The position numbers and the translations under genes are program-made. DNA of 63,994 nucleotides, the filler included, from Fonticula-like sp. SCN 57-25 (lineage: Eukaryota): the NCBI GenBank assembly GCA_001724245.1. It is 7 parts of 7 records of this genome, joined end to end, with 100 filler letters (N's around TTAATTAATTAA, not from the genome) between each part and the next. Parts side by side here need not be neighbours in the genome. Positions count along the whole stretch, not along the records: positions 18,396 to 27,444 come from MEDX01000275.1; positions 27,545 to 36,537 come from MEDX01000276.1; 5 more parts are not named here. The stretch is one strand, 5' to 3'. Within the stretch, counting starts at the first letter, position 1, and every line of letters begins with the position of its first letter. Of this stretch, positions 22,881 through 34,420 are shown piece by piece. Below the pieces are notes generated by a model. The model worked only from the letters and a program-made list of their open reading frames with translations, had not been told where the DNA came from and searched no databases.

Positions 22881-22977
22881 TCGCGTACATAAAGGCACCG
22901 TGATAATGACAACTTTGACTCTTTAAACTGGGACCGGGGAAAAGGGGGGCAAATACTCATTAATCAAATTTATCGAC

Positions 22978-24552
22978 TTACACGGCGGCGGGGGCGGCGA
23001 GGAGCTCGTCTGTGATTTCCTTGACTGCGATCCACGCATCGTTAACGTGCTTTTCGCCCGTTGCCGGTGCGCCCACCGCCAGTCGCACAAACGTCTTGCC
23101 GTCCACGGCCGACGTGATGAGGAACATGTTGCGGGCCTTTAGGCGCTCAACCAGCCTCTCGTTGACCTCGTTCGAGCCGCGAATGCGGAAGCACACGAGC
23201 GACAAAAAGCGTTCATTGTCCATCTCGAAGCGATCGTCTCCCTTGACGTGCTCCTCAAAAGTCTGGGCGAGCGCGACGCTCTAATCAAAAGCACAACGCA
23301 ATAAAGGTTAGTTATGGGCATCAGCAGCAGAGGCATGCGAGTGAGCGCACCCTGCGAATGTGCGCCTGCAGGCCCTCGGTGCCAAAGCACCTGAACACGA
23401 ACCACAGCTTTAGGGCGCGGAACCGCCGCCCGAGGGGCAGCTGCCAGTCCCTGTAGTCGAGCACCTGGCCCGACTCTGAGGGCGCGTTCTTGTAGTATGG
23501 GCGGGAGATGCTCATGGCGGTGAGGAGGTCGCGGCGGTCGTCGAGCCAAAAGACGGAGCAGTCAAAGTTGGTGAGCAGCCACTTGTGCGGGTTAAAGTTG
23601 AACGAGTTTGCGAGTTCGACGTCGTCAATGAGGTGCCTGTACTCGGGGCACACGGCTGCGCTTCCGGCGTACGCCGCGTCAATGTGGAGCCACACGCCCT
23701 GCGCGTTGCACAGCTCGCCCAGCTGGCGGATCGGGTCGACCGCGCCGGTGCTCGTCGTCCCGACGGTCGCGCCGACAAAGAGCGGGTGGAGCCCCGCAGC
23801 GCGGTCCTCCTCTATCTTTTGCAGCAACGTGTGCGGCTCGAGCTGCTGCTTGCTGTTCACCGGAAGGGTGTGCATCGTCATGCCGAGGATGCGCGCCGCT
23901 TTTTGAAACGAAGAGTGCGCCTGCGTCGACGTGTACACGACAAGCTTTGAAAAGACGCTTTCGTCCTGCGTGATGCGCAGGGCCCGCGCACGCGCCGCCA
24001 CCATCGCCACGATGACCGCCTCGCTCGCGGATCCCTGCAGCACGCCGCCGCCCTCGCTCTCGGAAAGGAACTTTGCCGGGAGAGAGAGCGCGCGCGCCAT
24101 CCAGTCCACAACAACGGTCTCGAGCTCAGTGCACGCGGGGGAGCAGACCTAGGCAAAAGGTGAGCCGATGTCATCAGCGCTGGGGCATGACGCACCCAGT
24201 TGAAGCCGATGCAGTTGATCATGCCCGAGAGCATGTCGCCGAGCATGGCGGGAAAGGACGAATTGGCGGGAAAGAAGGCGAAAAAGTTGGGATGCTGCCA
24301 GTGAGTCACGCCGGGCATGATCTTTTCCTGGACGTCCTTCATGATGTCCTCATAGGCATCGGGCTGCACCGGTGGCTCGGTCGGAAGCAGCTTGGCAAGG
24401 TAGCCAGGCTCGACTTGCGCCAACACTAGAGATCGTTAGTCTCGACACCAATTTAGCTCACACATACCAGGATACTTTTCAAGATTGTCATAGTAGTCGG
24501 CGATAAAGTCGACCATCTCGTGCGCGCGGCGCCGATACTCCTTGCTGTCCAT
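22978..24552 (-). CDS. DDC: Aromatic-L-amino-acid (DOPA/tyrosine) decarboxylase, group II PLP enzyme, multi-exon
   Basis: [70 protein letters not shown]. Confidence 0.93.
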
Positions 24553-24801
24553 GGCTGATTGTGCAGCAGCTGATGTGGCGGCAACCCTCTGACCAAGCAG
24601 CGACCCGAATCGTGACTGTACAACTCACGTGGCCCGTTTCAATGCCAAGCCATCCACATGGCCATCCATGTCGTACTATCCACGTGGCCACAACTTATAA
24701 CTTCACTTTGCAAACAGTGCCTGTCTGCTGCCTGCCAGTCTGCCAGCTGTTGGCAGTCACCCCGCGGATCCCGCAGCACGCAGGCAGTATTTTCTAACGG
24801 C

Positions 24802-27101
24802 ATGTCTGACAGAGATGTCAAGGCGCTGGTGAGCGCGCTGAAGGAAGCCGGTTTGGAGGACGACATTGATCTTTTCAAGCGTGATGACCTTGTCTCGAAG
24901 TGGCTCAAGAGCGAGACTGAGCGCATGGAGCTCCCCGATCAGGGCCGTGCCTTTGGGATGGGCGGCTCGTCCGCCCTGCTGATGCACATTGTGCCGGTTC
25001 GGGATGCCGCGGGGGTTTCAGTTGGCGCCCACGTTGTGCTATTTGATGGCAGCAGGATGTCTCGTTTCGACCCGAGCATCGGTCTCGATGTCTTGTCTGC
25101 CGAGCTCGCCGACAAGCTTGGAGATTCGCGGTACGTCAAGGTGCTCCTCGCGTCGTCCTTTGAGCAGATCCAGTGGGTGCGGACGCAGCTAAAGGTCAAC
25201 GTTGTCGGCTGCATCTGCCTTGATCTTGCCCCTGCGCTTGGCTTGCACGCATCCAACGCCGAGCTTCTCGATGGCGCCATTGCCTCGTACGCCGCGAGCC
25301 TGTCCGAGGACGATGCCGATCTGATCATGAGCGTCGGGTCGCAAGTATTGGGTGAGCTCTGCAACGTTTACAAGAGCGGGAAGCACTGGAAAGTGCTCGT
25401 GTACGAATCGTGCATGCTGGCCGGCGCCGCGTACTGGATGCTGGACGGCGTCGAGGTCCGTGCCAGCATGGCGACCATCCGCACTTTGGCCAAGCAATTT
25501 GCCATGAAAAACAAGGAAATGTACGCGAATATACTCTTTTTGGTGCCTTTTTTGAGGTTTTCTCGTGTTAACATTGCGATTGCTTAGTGAGAATGTGCCC
25601 TCGTGGTTCATCGAGTCCCTGAACGGCCCGCTTGTGGCCGAGGAGCGCCTTGCTTCCACCTACCCTCAGCTCGCCTTTCGCCTGCACGAGCGCCTCCCCA
25701 ACGACTTTCACATGATTTTGAGCGCCGTTATCGACTCTCTTCTCAAGCCGCTTTTGCCGTCGCCCGCCGACATCGCCGTCAAGGACAACATCATCCGGCT
25801 GGTCGTTGACATTTTGGACCATGCCGTCATGATGGCCACCGGCAACGCCAATCAGGGTGCGAGACTGACTGTTCTTTTGAGCGCTTTTTTGCTTACGTGT
25901 GCTTACTTAGAGTCGTGCTCGCTTTTCCTGTTTGGAAGCTGCGCAAACGGCTTTGGCCACCGCACGAGCGACCTTGACATGCTCTTTTTGCCACCCCCCG
26001 GCGTCAACTTGTCGCTCAAGAAAGCGAGCCAATCAATCCGCTCGTCGCATCAGTTTTCCGATATTCTCCTGATTACGCGCTCTGTCGTGCCCGTGCTCAC
26101 TTTCAAGCGTGACACGCGCGCAGGATTGGGCGTCATCGACTGCGACCTCTCGACCGGCCCCCTCTTTGTACGGCCACTTTTCATCGTGCTGCCGAGGCTA
26201 ACATGTATGTACTTAGGCCGTTCACAATTCAAAAATGTTGCTGCTGTATAGCAAGCTTGATCACCGCGTCGTCCCGCTCGTCCTCATGCTCAAGCAGTGG
26301 TCGAAATCCCGCAAAATCAACGGCGCCGGCAATGTACGTCATCAAATCACCTGTTGTTTCCCGCCATTTCTGATGTGATGTTTAGAGTCAATTGTCGTCG
26401 TACGCGTGGTCTGTTCTGGCCATCAGCGTGCTGCAACATATGGGCATTTTGCCCAACCTGCAGGACCCTGACCCCGCTTGGAGTCCGCCGCCGGCCACAG
26501 TCCACGTGAGCGACGGACCCGACACGTGGAATGTTGGCTTTGTGGGCGATGAATATACGCCCCTGCCGCCGTGGTCGTGCGAGGCGAGCCCGCTGGCCAA
26601 GGCGTCCGTTTCGCACCTCTTTCTCGCGCTGCTGCACACAATCGCATTTGAAATTGACTTTGCCAAGGTCGTTGTCAGCATTCGGCGTCGGGCGCCAATG
26701 TCGGTCGCGGAGAAAAAGGCGGAATGCCCCGATTTTCAGATCGAAAAGCCATTCAAAATTGAAGGTAGGCGCGCAATTTTTTCGTGTTTGATTGGCTGAC
26801 GCGGTCGTTTTCTTTTCTAGATCCGTTTATTTTGTCGCGGAATGTCGGCCGTCACCCGCTCCCGAATCACTTTGAGACTGTAATGGAAGAGGCGCGTCGC
26901 ACTTACACGACGCTCTGCACGTCGCCGCCCAACGACGCCCGGGCAGAGCTCGTTCGCGAGCGCATCCACATCAAGAAGCCAAGGCCCGATGCGGCCAATG
27001 GCGGCCCGGACGCTGGTCGGCCTCACGGGCGCCAGCCGCGATATGCGCGCCAACCGCGCCCGCCGCGGACAGTAACGCAGAGCACGCCTCAGAATGAGTA
27101 A
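24802..27101 (+). CDS. Cid1/TUTase-family terminal nucleotidyltransferase with N-terminal exonuclease-like region, multi-exon
   Basis: FGSCANGFGHRTSDLDM, third Asp in IDCDLS, LSSYAW, IEDPFILSRNVG; intron 25521-25587 joins the N-terminal ORF in frame. Confidence 0.85.
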
Positions 27102-27180
27102 TTCGCTGCTCTTTTGTGACAATAAATTTAGATTCTTTAGTGGAAATTATATAGTGTCTATTGAACAATCTGGTGTACAA

Positions 27181-27444
27181 TTACAGGACGGCGGCACGGA
27201 GCGCCTCGTTGCTGCTCGCCGCAAACGCCTGCTTCAAGGACGCCCCCAGCGCACTCTCTGCACCACTTACCGCCAAGAAAGCGCGCACGTGATGCACGGC
27301 AATATCATAGATGAGCCCGCTCTTCACTGCATAGTCTGGGTGCAGCAGCGCGCGCGCGTACGCCGTGATGAGACGCTCGTCCGTGTCCAGCGGCGACATA
27401 TAACCGTCGCGGCCAAACGGCATCGGCGTCGCGTCGTCGCCAAG
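27181..27444 (-). CDS. RPAP1-like (RNA polymerase II-associated protein 1) C-terminal fragment
   Basis: YMSPLDTDERLITAYARAL..LIYDIAVHHVRAFL resembles the RPAP1 C-terminus; 5' part lost in spacer. Confidence 0.65.
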   Translation of the reverse strand, partial: LGDDATPMPFGRDGYMSPLDTDERLITAYARALLHPDYAVKSGLIYDIAVHHVRAFLAVSGAESALGASLKQAFAASSNEALRAAVL

Positions 27445-27544
27445 NNNNNNNNNNNNNNNNNNNNNNNNNNNNNNNNNNNNNNNNNNNNTTAATTAATTAA
27501 NNNNNNNNNNNNNNNNNNNNNNNNNNNNNNNNNNNNNNNNNNNN
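27445..27544. other. Artificial contig spacer
   Basis: N44-TTAATTAATTAA-N44. Confidence 0.98.
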
Positions 27545-28864
27545 CTCAGCCGCCGTCGTGTACCCCAGCCCTACCTTTGACGCCGGCGCCTCCCTCAAAG
27601 CCGCCTACGACCACTCGTGCACCGCCATGCACGGCGTCCCCACCATGTTCATCGCGATGCTGAACCACCCGACGTTCAAGTCGGAGCGCTGCCGCACGCT
27701 GCGCACGGGCGTCATGGCGGGCAGCGTGTGCCCAATCGAGACTGTTCGTCAGGTGATTGACCGCATGCACATGAAAGAGTTTACGATTGGATATGGTATG
27801 ACGGAGACGAGCCCGGTGTCGTTCCAGACGACGCACATGGACTCGCTCATTGCACGCACGGGTACGAAGGCAGAAAAGTGGCGGGAAAGTTTGAGAAAAT
27901 GGGCGGGAAAGTGTATGAAAGGGGCGGGAAAGGGCGGGAAAGTTTTGAAAAGGCAACAGAAATGGGCGGAAAACCTTAGAAAAGCAACAGAAAAGAACAG
28001 GAAATGTCTCATATAATGATCTTCATCTTCTAATACTAACATGCTTCTTTCCGCAGAGACTGTTGGTCTTATCCAGCCTCACACGCACTGCCGCGTCGTC
28101 GACCCCATCACACACGAGACGCTCCCCATCAACGTTCCCGGCGAGCTCGTCACGAGCGGCTACGGCGTCATGAAGGGTACGCCACGTGGCCCATTATTGC
28201 TTGCGCTGACGCGGTGATAGGCTACTGGAACGACCCTGAAAAGACGGCCGAGACGGTAAAGAATGGGTGGATGCACACGGGCGATCTTGCCACAATTGAT
28301 GAGCTTGGGTATTGCCGTATTGTGGGGCGTATCAAGGACATTATTATTAGGGGAGGAGAGAATTTGTCGCCAAGGGAAGTCGAAGACTTTTTCTTTGAGG
28401 TACGAAATATTGGTTGCTAATTGACAGGGTAGAATGTGCTTTTTGGTGCTTTTTAGTGTAATTTTGACACATTTCAACCCTTTTTGACTCTTTTTCATGT
28501 TATTTATCACTTTTTTGACTCTTTTTCTATTACTTTTTTCTTTCACTTTTCCATCTAAATTTCACTTTAGCACCCCGACGTCCTCAATGTCTCGGTCGTC
28601 GGCGTCCCCGACCCCCACTTTGGCGAAGCCGTATGCGCCTGGATCGTCCCCATGCACGCCCCCGCCGACGCCCCCGAAAAGGGCCCTTTCGAAATGCCCG
28701 AGCTCGAGGCGACGCTGCGTGCGTACTGCAAGGACCGCATTGCGCACTACAAGGTGCCAAAGTACTTTATGTTTGCGAAGGAGTTGCACTTGACGGCAAA
28801 TGGAAAGGTGCAAAAGTTTATGCTGAGGGATGACGCAATCAAGAACCTCGGGCTCGGGAAGTGA
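27545..28864 (+). CDS. ACSF2-like AMP-dependent acyl-CoA synthetase, C-terminal half, multi-exon
   Basis: [57 protein letters not shown]. Confidence 0.92.
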
Positions 28865-28975
28865 CCACGTGGGTGATGTGGATGATAGGAGAATGGCCAT
28901 GTGGATGTGGAAATAGAATAAATTTGTTGAATGTGCGTCATTGGACAAGTACCAGATGGACAGATGGAACATAAA

Positions 28976-29042
28976 AGACCACGTGGACAGATCATTGATA
29001 GACCACGTGGACAGAATGGACCATTGACAGACCACGTGGACA
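28976..29042 (+). repeat. Three copies of AGACCACGTGGACA (partial fourth at 28863)
   Basis: Copies start at 28976, 29000 and 29029. Confidence 0.85.
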
Positions 29043-29244
29043 TTGCGTATAATAACTATAGTTTTGTCATCAGACATTCGTGATATTCAGCGTCTTATTG
29101 GAACGACATTACCGACACCAAAACAAAAGGCAAAAGGCAAACAATAGACAAAGAAAGCGGGCAAGGCCGCCCTATGATACACACATACTGCCAGCGATAA
29201 AACACATATAAATTCCCCTGAAAAACACGCCATTAAACCATTGG

Positions 29245-30566
29245 CTAGTCGCCCTTGACGAGGATCTGAACGACGGCGCCGTCCTTGAGCGCCTTGTGGT
29301 CGCCGAGTCGCGACTGGGAAAGGTGTCAGGGGCAGAGTCGGGGGTAGAGTCGGGGGCGTACCTTGTCGGGGAGAAGCTTGCCTATGAGGAAGACGCGCTG
29401 CGCGTCGGGGCTGACTCCTTCCTTTTCCTCAACGCGTGTCTTGAGACTATACAATACAACATCAAAATCATACAAATTCGCACAGATTATCATCATAATC
29501 ACACACAAATCATAATATTCACACACATAAAACATCATATTCATACATAATCACACACATTTTCACACAAAATATACAATAAAAGACATGGTCGTCAGTA
29601 TCATATTCGACTCTGGGGCAGACTACGCACGCGAGAACCGTGTCGCAGTCGAGCATCTCGATCGTCAGATCCTTCATGGTCGATAACCGCACGCGCACGG
29701 CCACCGGCGCCGCGCTCTTCCGCACGGCCTCGTCGGCGCTGGCCACGAGGCTCGCAGCAGCAGCAGCAGCGCCGCCTTCTATGTTGGCGGGAACGCTGAT
29801 GCAAAAGTTGGGGATCGCGTAGCGCGTGCCGAGCTCATCGTAGGCATCCGAGAGGCTGCCCGTCGGGAGGAGGATATTGGCGCTGTCAATGATGGCCTGC
29901 GCCATCGTCACGTCGTCGGCCTCGCAGGCGGCGCGCAGCGCCTCCCAGATCTCGCGGCGACCCTGAAAATGGCGGGAAATAAGCGGAAATCATATGATTT
30001 AATGGGAAAGTGAAGGAAAGGGTAAAATGGGAAAGACAACGGAAAAGACAATGATAACTCTATCAAATTACAACATATATATCATATCAAATGATAATAT
30101 AGAAACAAAATTCGGCCAAAGGGAGAAATTTCATGTTACCACAACAAGCCAGTCAATGATCCCTTGCCGCCGTTGACCCGACGTGGATCCCACTCAAACG
30201 CCACGCCAAATCCGACATGCCAAGGCGTACCTCGTATTTCGGTGCAGTGTCCCAGAACTCTTCTCGCATGCGATGCAGCTGTGCGACCGTCATGGGCGAA
30301 TCGGACGACCATGGCGGGCGGAACGGATTGATTGGCTTGGACACGACAACCTCTGCGGGCGAAACATGAGCGAATAGAACGAATTAAAAAGGAACAACAA
30401 AAGAGGTAAAACATGCGGCCAAAACAAGACAAATTGTTGTAGATGTAACACAAATAGAATTGACGAAACATGGCGGCGACGTACGCTGATTGGCGCCGAC
30501 GCCCGACCGGCGGACTATCCTGTACTCGATCTCCTCATTGGCCATCCCGCAGCAGGCGGCGCCCAT
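29245..30566 (-). CDS. Ubiquitin domain-containing protein UBTD1/2 (DC-UbP), multi-exon
   Basis: MGAACC lipidation start, [35 protein letters not shown], C-terminal Ubl. Confidence 0.92.
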
Positions 30567-30810
30567 GATTGCAGCGCTTTTATTTGCAGAAAAAGACGGA
30601 AAAGAAGAGGTATAAATTAAACGAGCGAGCGCGCCGAGTCCGCAAGCAACGGCACGTCCAGCGGCCCCGCGATCACCTAGGCAAAACCTAAGGAATGATC
30701 ACGTGATAATTGTTTTGGACGGATTCCGGGGTGGATTTGTAAAGTGGTGTGTCACGGTATGCGGTCGGGTTGAGACCGACCGATGGGCAGCTGGTGACAG
30801 GTTGAAGGGC

Positions 30811-31925
30811 ATGCGGATGCGCCTGTCGACTGCCGGGCGGTGCCTCCTCGTATGCGGGCTAGTGCTAGGTGCGCTTGCAGTTCTCTATGACCGCTTTACA
30901 TATGATCCGCTTTCGGTTATCGAATCGCCAAACGTGAAGGGATATGTGACCAAGATGGCTGATGCGTGGCATCGGCCCCTGACGCTTGAAGAGTACCTCG
31001 AACACGAGCGGCACGGCGCGCGCCTTTACGACGCTCAGGCGCCTATGCCGCTTGGCTGCCGCGACCTTCTATCCCGCATCAAGATGCGCGGTGGTAATCT
31101 TATTGGGAAAGGAACTGTGAAGGACGTTTACATGGGCGAATGGCGCGATGCCTCTGGCGATCTTGTCCCCGCCGCCATCCTGCGGCTCAAAAAGCCCGTC
31201 TACAACGGCGACTTTTCCAGCGGCATTGGACGCTTACTGTACGCCTTTCTGCACTTTATCCGTTCTAACGACTCTTTAGTGCGCTCCGTGGGCACCCGCA
31301 GGTCGTACCGATCATGGCGGCCTGCCCGCACTGGCCGCACTACGTCGAGTACAACAGCAAGGAATACAATGCGACCATCGCCGAGCTGGAGCGGCAAGGC
31401 GTCGGCCCCAGCGTGGTGAACACCATTGTTGCGCCGCTCGCGCGCCTGTCGGACCTGAGCCACCTTTCAGACGCCCTGGCCGAGTCCCGTGCGCCGCAGG
31501 GGTGGCGCGGACGACTGCGACTCGCCATCGACTACGCGCGGCTCATGAGCTTTCTGTGGAATGAGGGTCCGGAAAAGAACCCTTTTGGCCGCGCGCTCGT
31601 TCAAAAGGACTTTAAGCTGAGTCAGTTTTTGGTGCGGCCGCAAAGGCATAGAGTCATGAAACTGACGCGCGCGCAGCTGTATGAGGAGGACGACGGGTAC
31701 TTGACGCTCAAGCTGAACGACGCAGAAGCCATGCCAGACACGGACGACGAGCACGAACTGCGAATGGACGCGCTGAATATGAAGACAGTCGTCCTGCACA
31801 TCTTTGATTCCGACCCGCCGTACCGCCGCCCGGCTCATCTCGACACGTGGCTCGCCTCATATGAGCCGACTACGCCGAGTGAACTGTTGAATAAGCTACT
31901 ATCATTTGTACATATTGACGCATAG
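30811..31925 (+). CDS. Type II membrane POMK/PKDCC-like secretory-pathway kinase, 3 exons
   Basis: N-terminal TM; LGCRDL..IGKGTVKDVYMGEW; RLRLAIDYARLMSFL; QKDFKLSQFL; LKLNDAEAMP. Confidence 0.7.
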
Positions 31926-32058
31926 CGGCAGCCTTTGCGCTTGCTTTAAATATATACTTTTTAGAGGTCGTTTTTCCTCGTTCCCGCGTTCGAGGATGAA
32001 ATCAGAGTCTGCCCCGGATTTCGAACCCGTACTTTTCCTATCTCACGTGTGTGTGTCG

Positions 32059-33017
32059 ATGCTGGTGGCTGGCCGCCGCGCTGCCGCGGCTTGGCCACGG
32101 CCGCACACGGCGCTGTCGCTAGTACGGCAGTACACGTCAAGGCGACGGGCGCCGGACGCCGCCGTTGAGGGTAACTCTATTTTTTTCCTATTGCTTTACC
32201 GCATCCCTGCTCACGCCATCCCTTGCAGATGCTGTCGTTCTCAGCGACCAGCGCGCGGCTTCCGAGGTCCGCGTTTCGGCGCAGATGCGCGAGGTGTTGG
32301 TCGACGCGTACGCTCAATTGGAGCGCGACAATGCGTACGTCGTTTTGCTCTTGCATCATGTTCACTTTGCTTACCATTTCATCCTGAAACAGCGCCTTGT
32401 CTCGCCATCACCGCCCCGCCCAGCCCTTCCGCATGGTCCGTTTTCCACCCTTTTTCCCTACCTTTTCACTTACCTTTTTCTCTGCTTAGCGTCCCTATTC
32501 CGGTGCTCTTATCGCCGAGGATCCGTCTGGTGATGCGCTCCAGGAGTCTGTTGTGATCCAGAATCATTTCTCCCGCGAGCGTGTTCGTGTGATGGAGGAT
32601 CGCGCGACGCCCGCGTCGATCCGCATGCACATGCAGCAGGCCGGCTTTTTCAACCCGAACATTGTGGCGGTCCCCCTCACGGGCCAGATGACGCCGTTCC
32701 TCCCGACCGAGGTCGTCCAGACGGTAGCAAACATGTACCGGTCGCTCGCCGCCTCTGGCCGCCAGGACGCCGCCGCGCAGCACAACCTCTCGATGACGCA
32801 CGCCCCCGTCGGTACGCCGCCGCTTGCTTTTTTGTGTGTATTTTTGTGTGCTGATGATGTCGCAGAGCCCATTTCTGCCCCGCCGGCGCTGCCCGCGGGC
32901 GAGGCTATGGATGTGAGCGGGATCATCAAGAAGCGCAGAAAGAAGATGAAGAAGCACAAGTATCGCAAGCGCCTAAAGAAGACGCGCGCGCTGCGCAAGA
33001 GTCTTAAGAAGATTTAA
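32059..33017 (+). CDS. Mitoribosomal protein mS38 (COX24/AURKAIP1, DUF1713), multi-exon
   Basis: Arg-rich presequence; C-terminal SGIIKKRRKKMKKHKYRKRLKK. Confidence 0.85.
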
Positions 33018-33580
33018 TGATTGAACGTGTACTGACTTGTAGAAACGTTTCTTGGTATTTGGCAAAATAAAACAGATTCATAAAGTTATGTTGAACACGG
33101 TGCACAAATATTACAATTACGTGTGTAGAATAAATACACACACTGCATGTGGGAAAGAATGGCGCACTATGGGCGTTCAGTAAGTGGGAATAGAGGCCAG
33201 TAACAGTGGAGATCCGAATGAGAGAAAGCGAAATGACTTGCCCAACGTCTAAAGAGACGATAAATTCCCGTTTCATAATGTCATTTTAAAGCTTGGCCAT
33301 TGAGAAATAAAACAGCTTATTCGTCTTTTTTGCGTTGTCTATTCAATATAGGCACTTTGCGTCTTTTGAACATGCCCAATTGACGGTGGAAGAATCAAAA
33401 GGTACAAACTGAATAGATTTTTTCATGACACTTGGCATCCGAAACACAGTTTAGGATGTTGGGGGGGGAAACGATATTGAAATAGGCTAGACTCACAAAG
33501 AGAACATGTGTTGACAGTGCCATGCACCCGTGCTTTGCCATAGAAACCTTTTTGCCACATCTAGTGTCTCATGCTACATG

Positions 33581-33631
33581 ATTCTCTCAATTGGAGCATT
33601 CTCTCAATTGGAGCATTCTCCCAATAGGAGC
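33581..33631 (+). repeat. 17-bp tandem repeat x3 (ATTCTCTCAATTGGAGC)
   Basis: Two exact copies and one with 2 mismatches. Confidence 0.9.
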
Positions 33632-34420
33632 GCCATCAAGATGACCAAAACAACAAAAGTGGTGGACGTGCTGCCTTACTTCATGCCATGTACTCAGCCT
33701 GCCATACTGCCGCGACCTGCGCACACTCGCATATGCTCGCCTGTCTGATCGCATCACGTCTCGTGTGCACCGCCCCCTCTAATTGTTGTCGCCCCCCACA
33801 ACCTGCCCCAAAAGGCAAAGGGCACTTCGGTTTGGTAAATCGACCAACCATCCACGTGGCCTTTAATCCTTGATGACCATCAAGTGGACGATCAGCGCAA
33901 CACCAATCCAATCATCGTTAATATCTCCGTCCTCGTTGCGCGCAATTTTCTCGTTTATTACCAAGTGCAAGTGGGCGGCCTTTGCGCGCTTTCCGTCCTT
34001 TTGCCGCACCCGACCGCGTCCCTTTTGGCGGCCTTTTTGCGCTTTCCAGACGGCCGTCCGGCGCTGACGGGAGTATCGCCTCGTGCTGACGCAAGAGAGC
34101 CGCCACATCATCATAAAAACATCGAAGTTGCGATCGGGTATTGTTGTTTACACGCAATATGGGGCGCTCCTGATTGGTGCGCAGCGTTTGAAAATCTTCC
34201 TTTTTCGGAAGTGAGACGAAGTTGTTTGGTCGGTCGAGGCGGCGTCCCCCCCAGGTGCAGCTGAAAGGCAAGAGGCCGCGTAAACGCGCGTTTGCCGCTA
34301 CGTGCTGGGAGATCGCCTGCGCGACGCGGATATTCGTACTCGAGGACAGTGGGCTCGAGCAAGGAAAGAGACAAGAGCGAGAGAACCTCGCGTGAATTGC
34401 GGAGGTGGTGTGCTTTGCAG

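Noticed and set aside
28976-29042. Repeat-spacer pattern resembling a mini-CRISPR
   Set aside because: 14-bp repeats, 10-15 bp related spacers, eukaryotic context and no cas genes.
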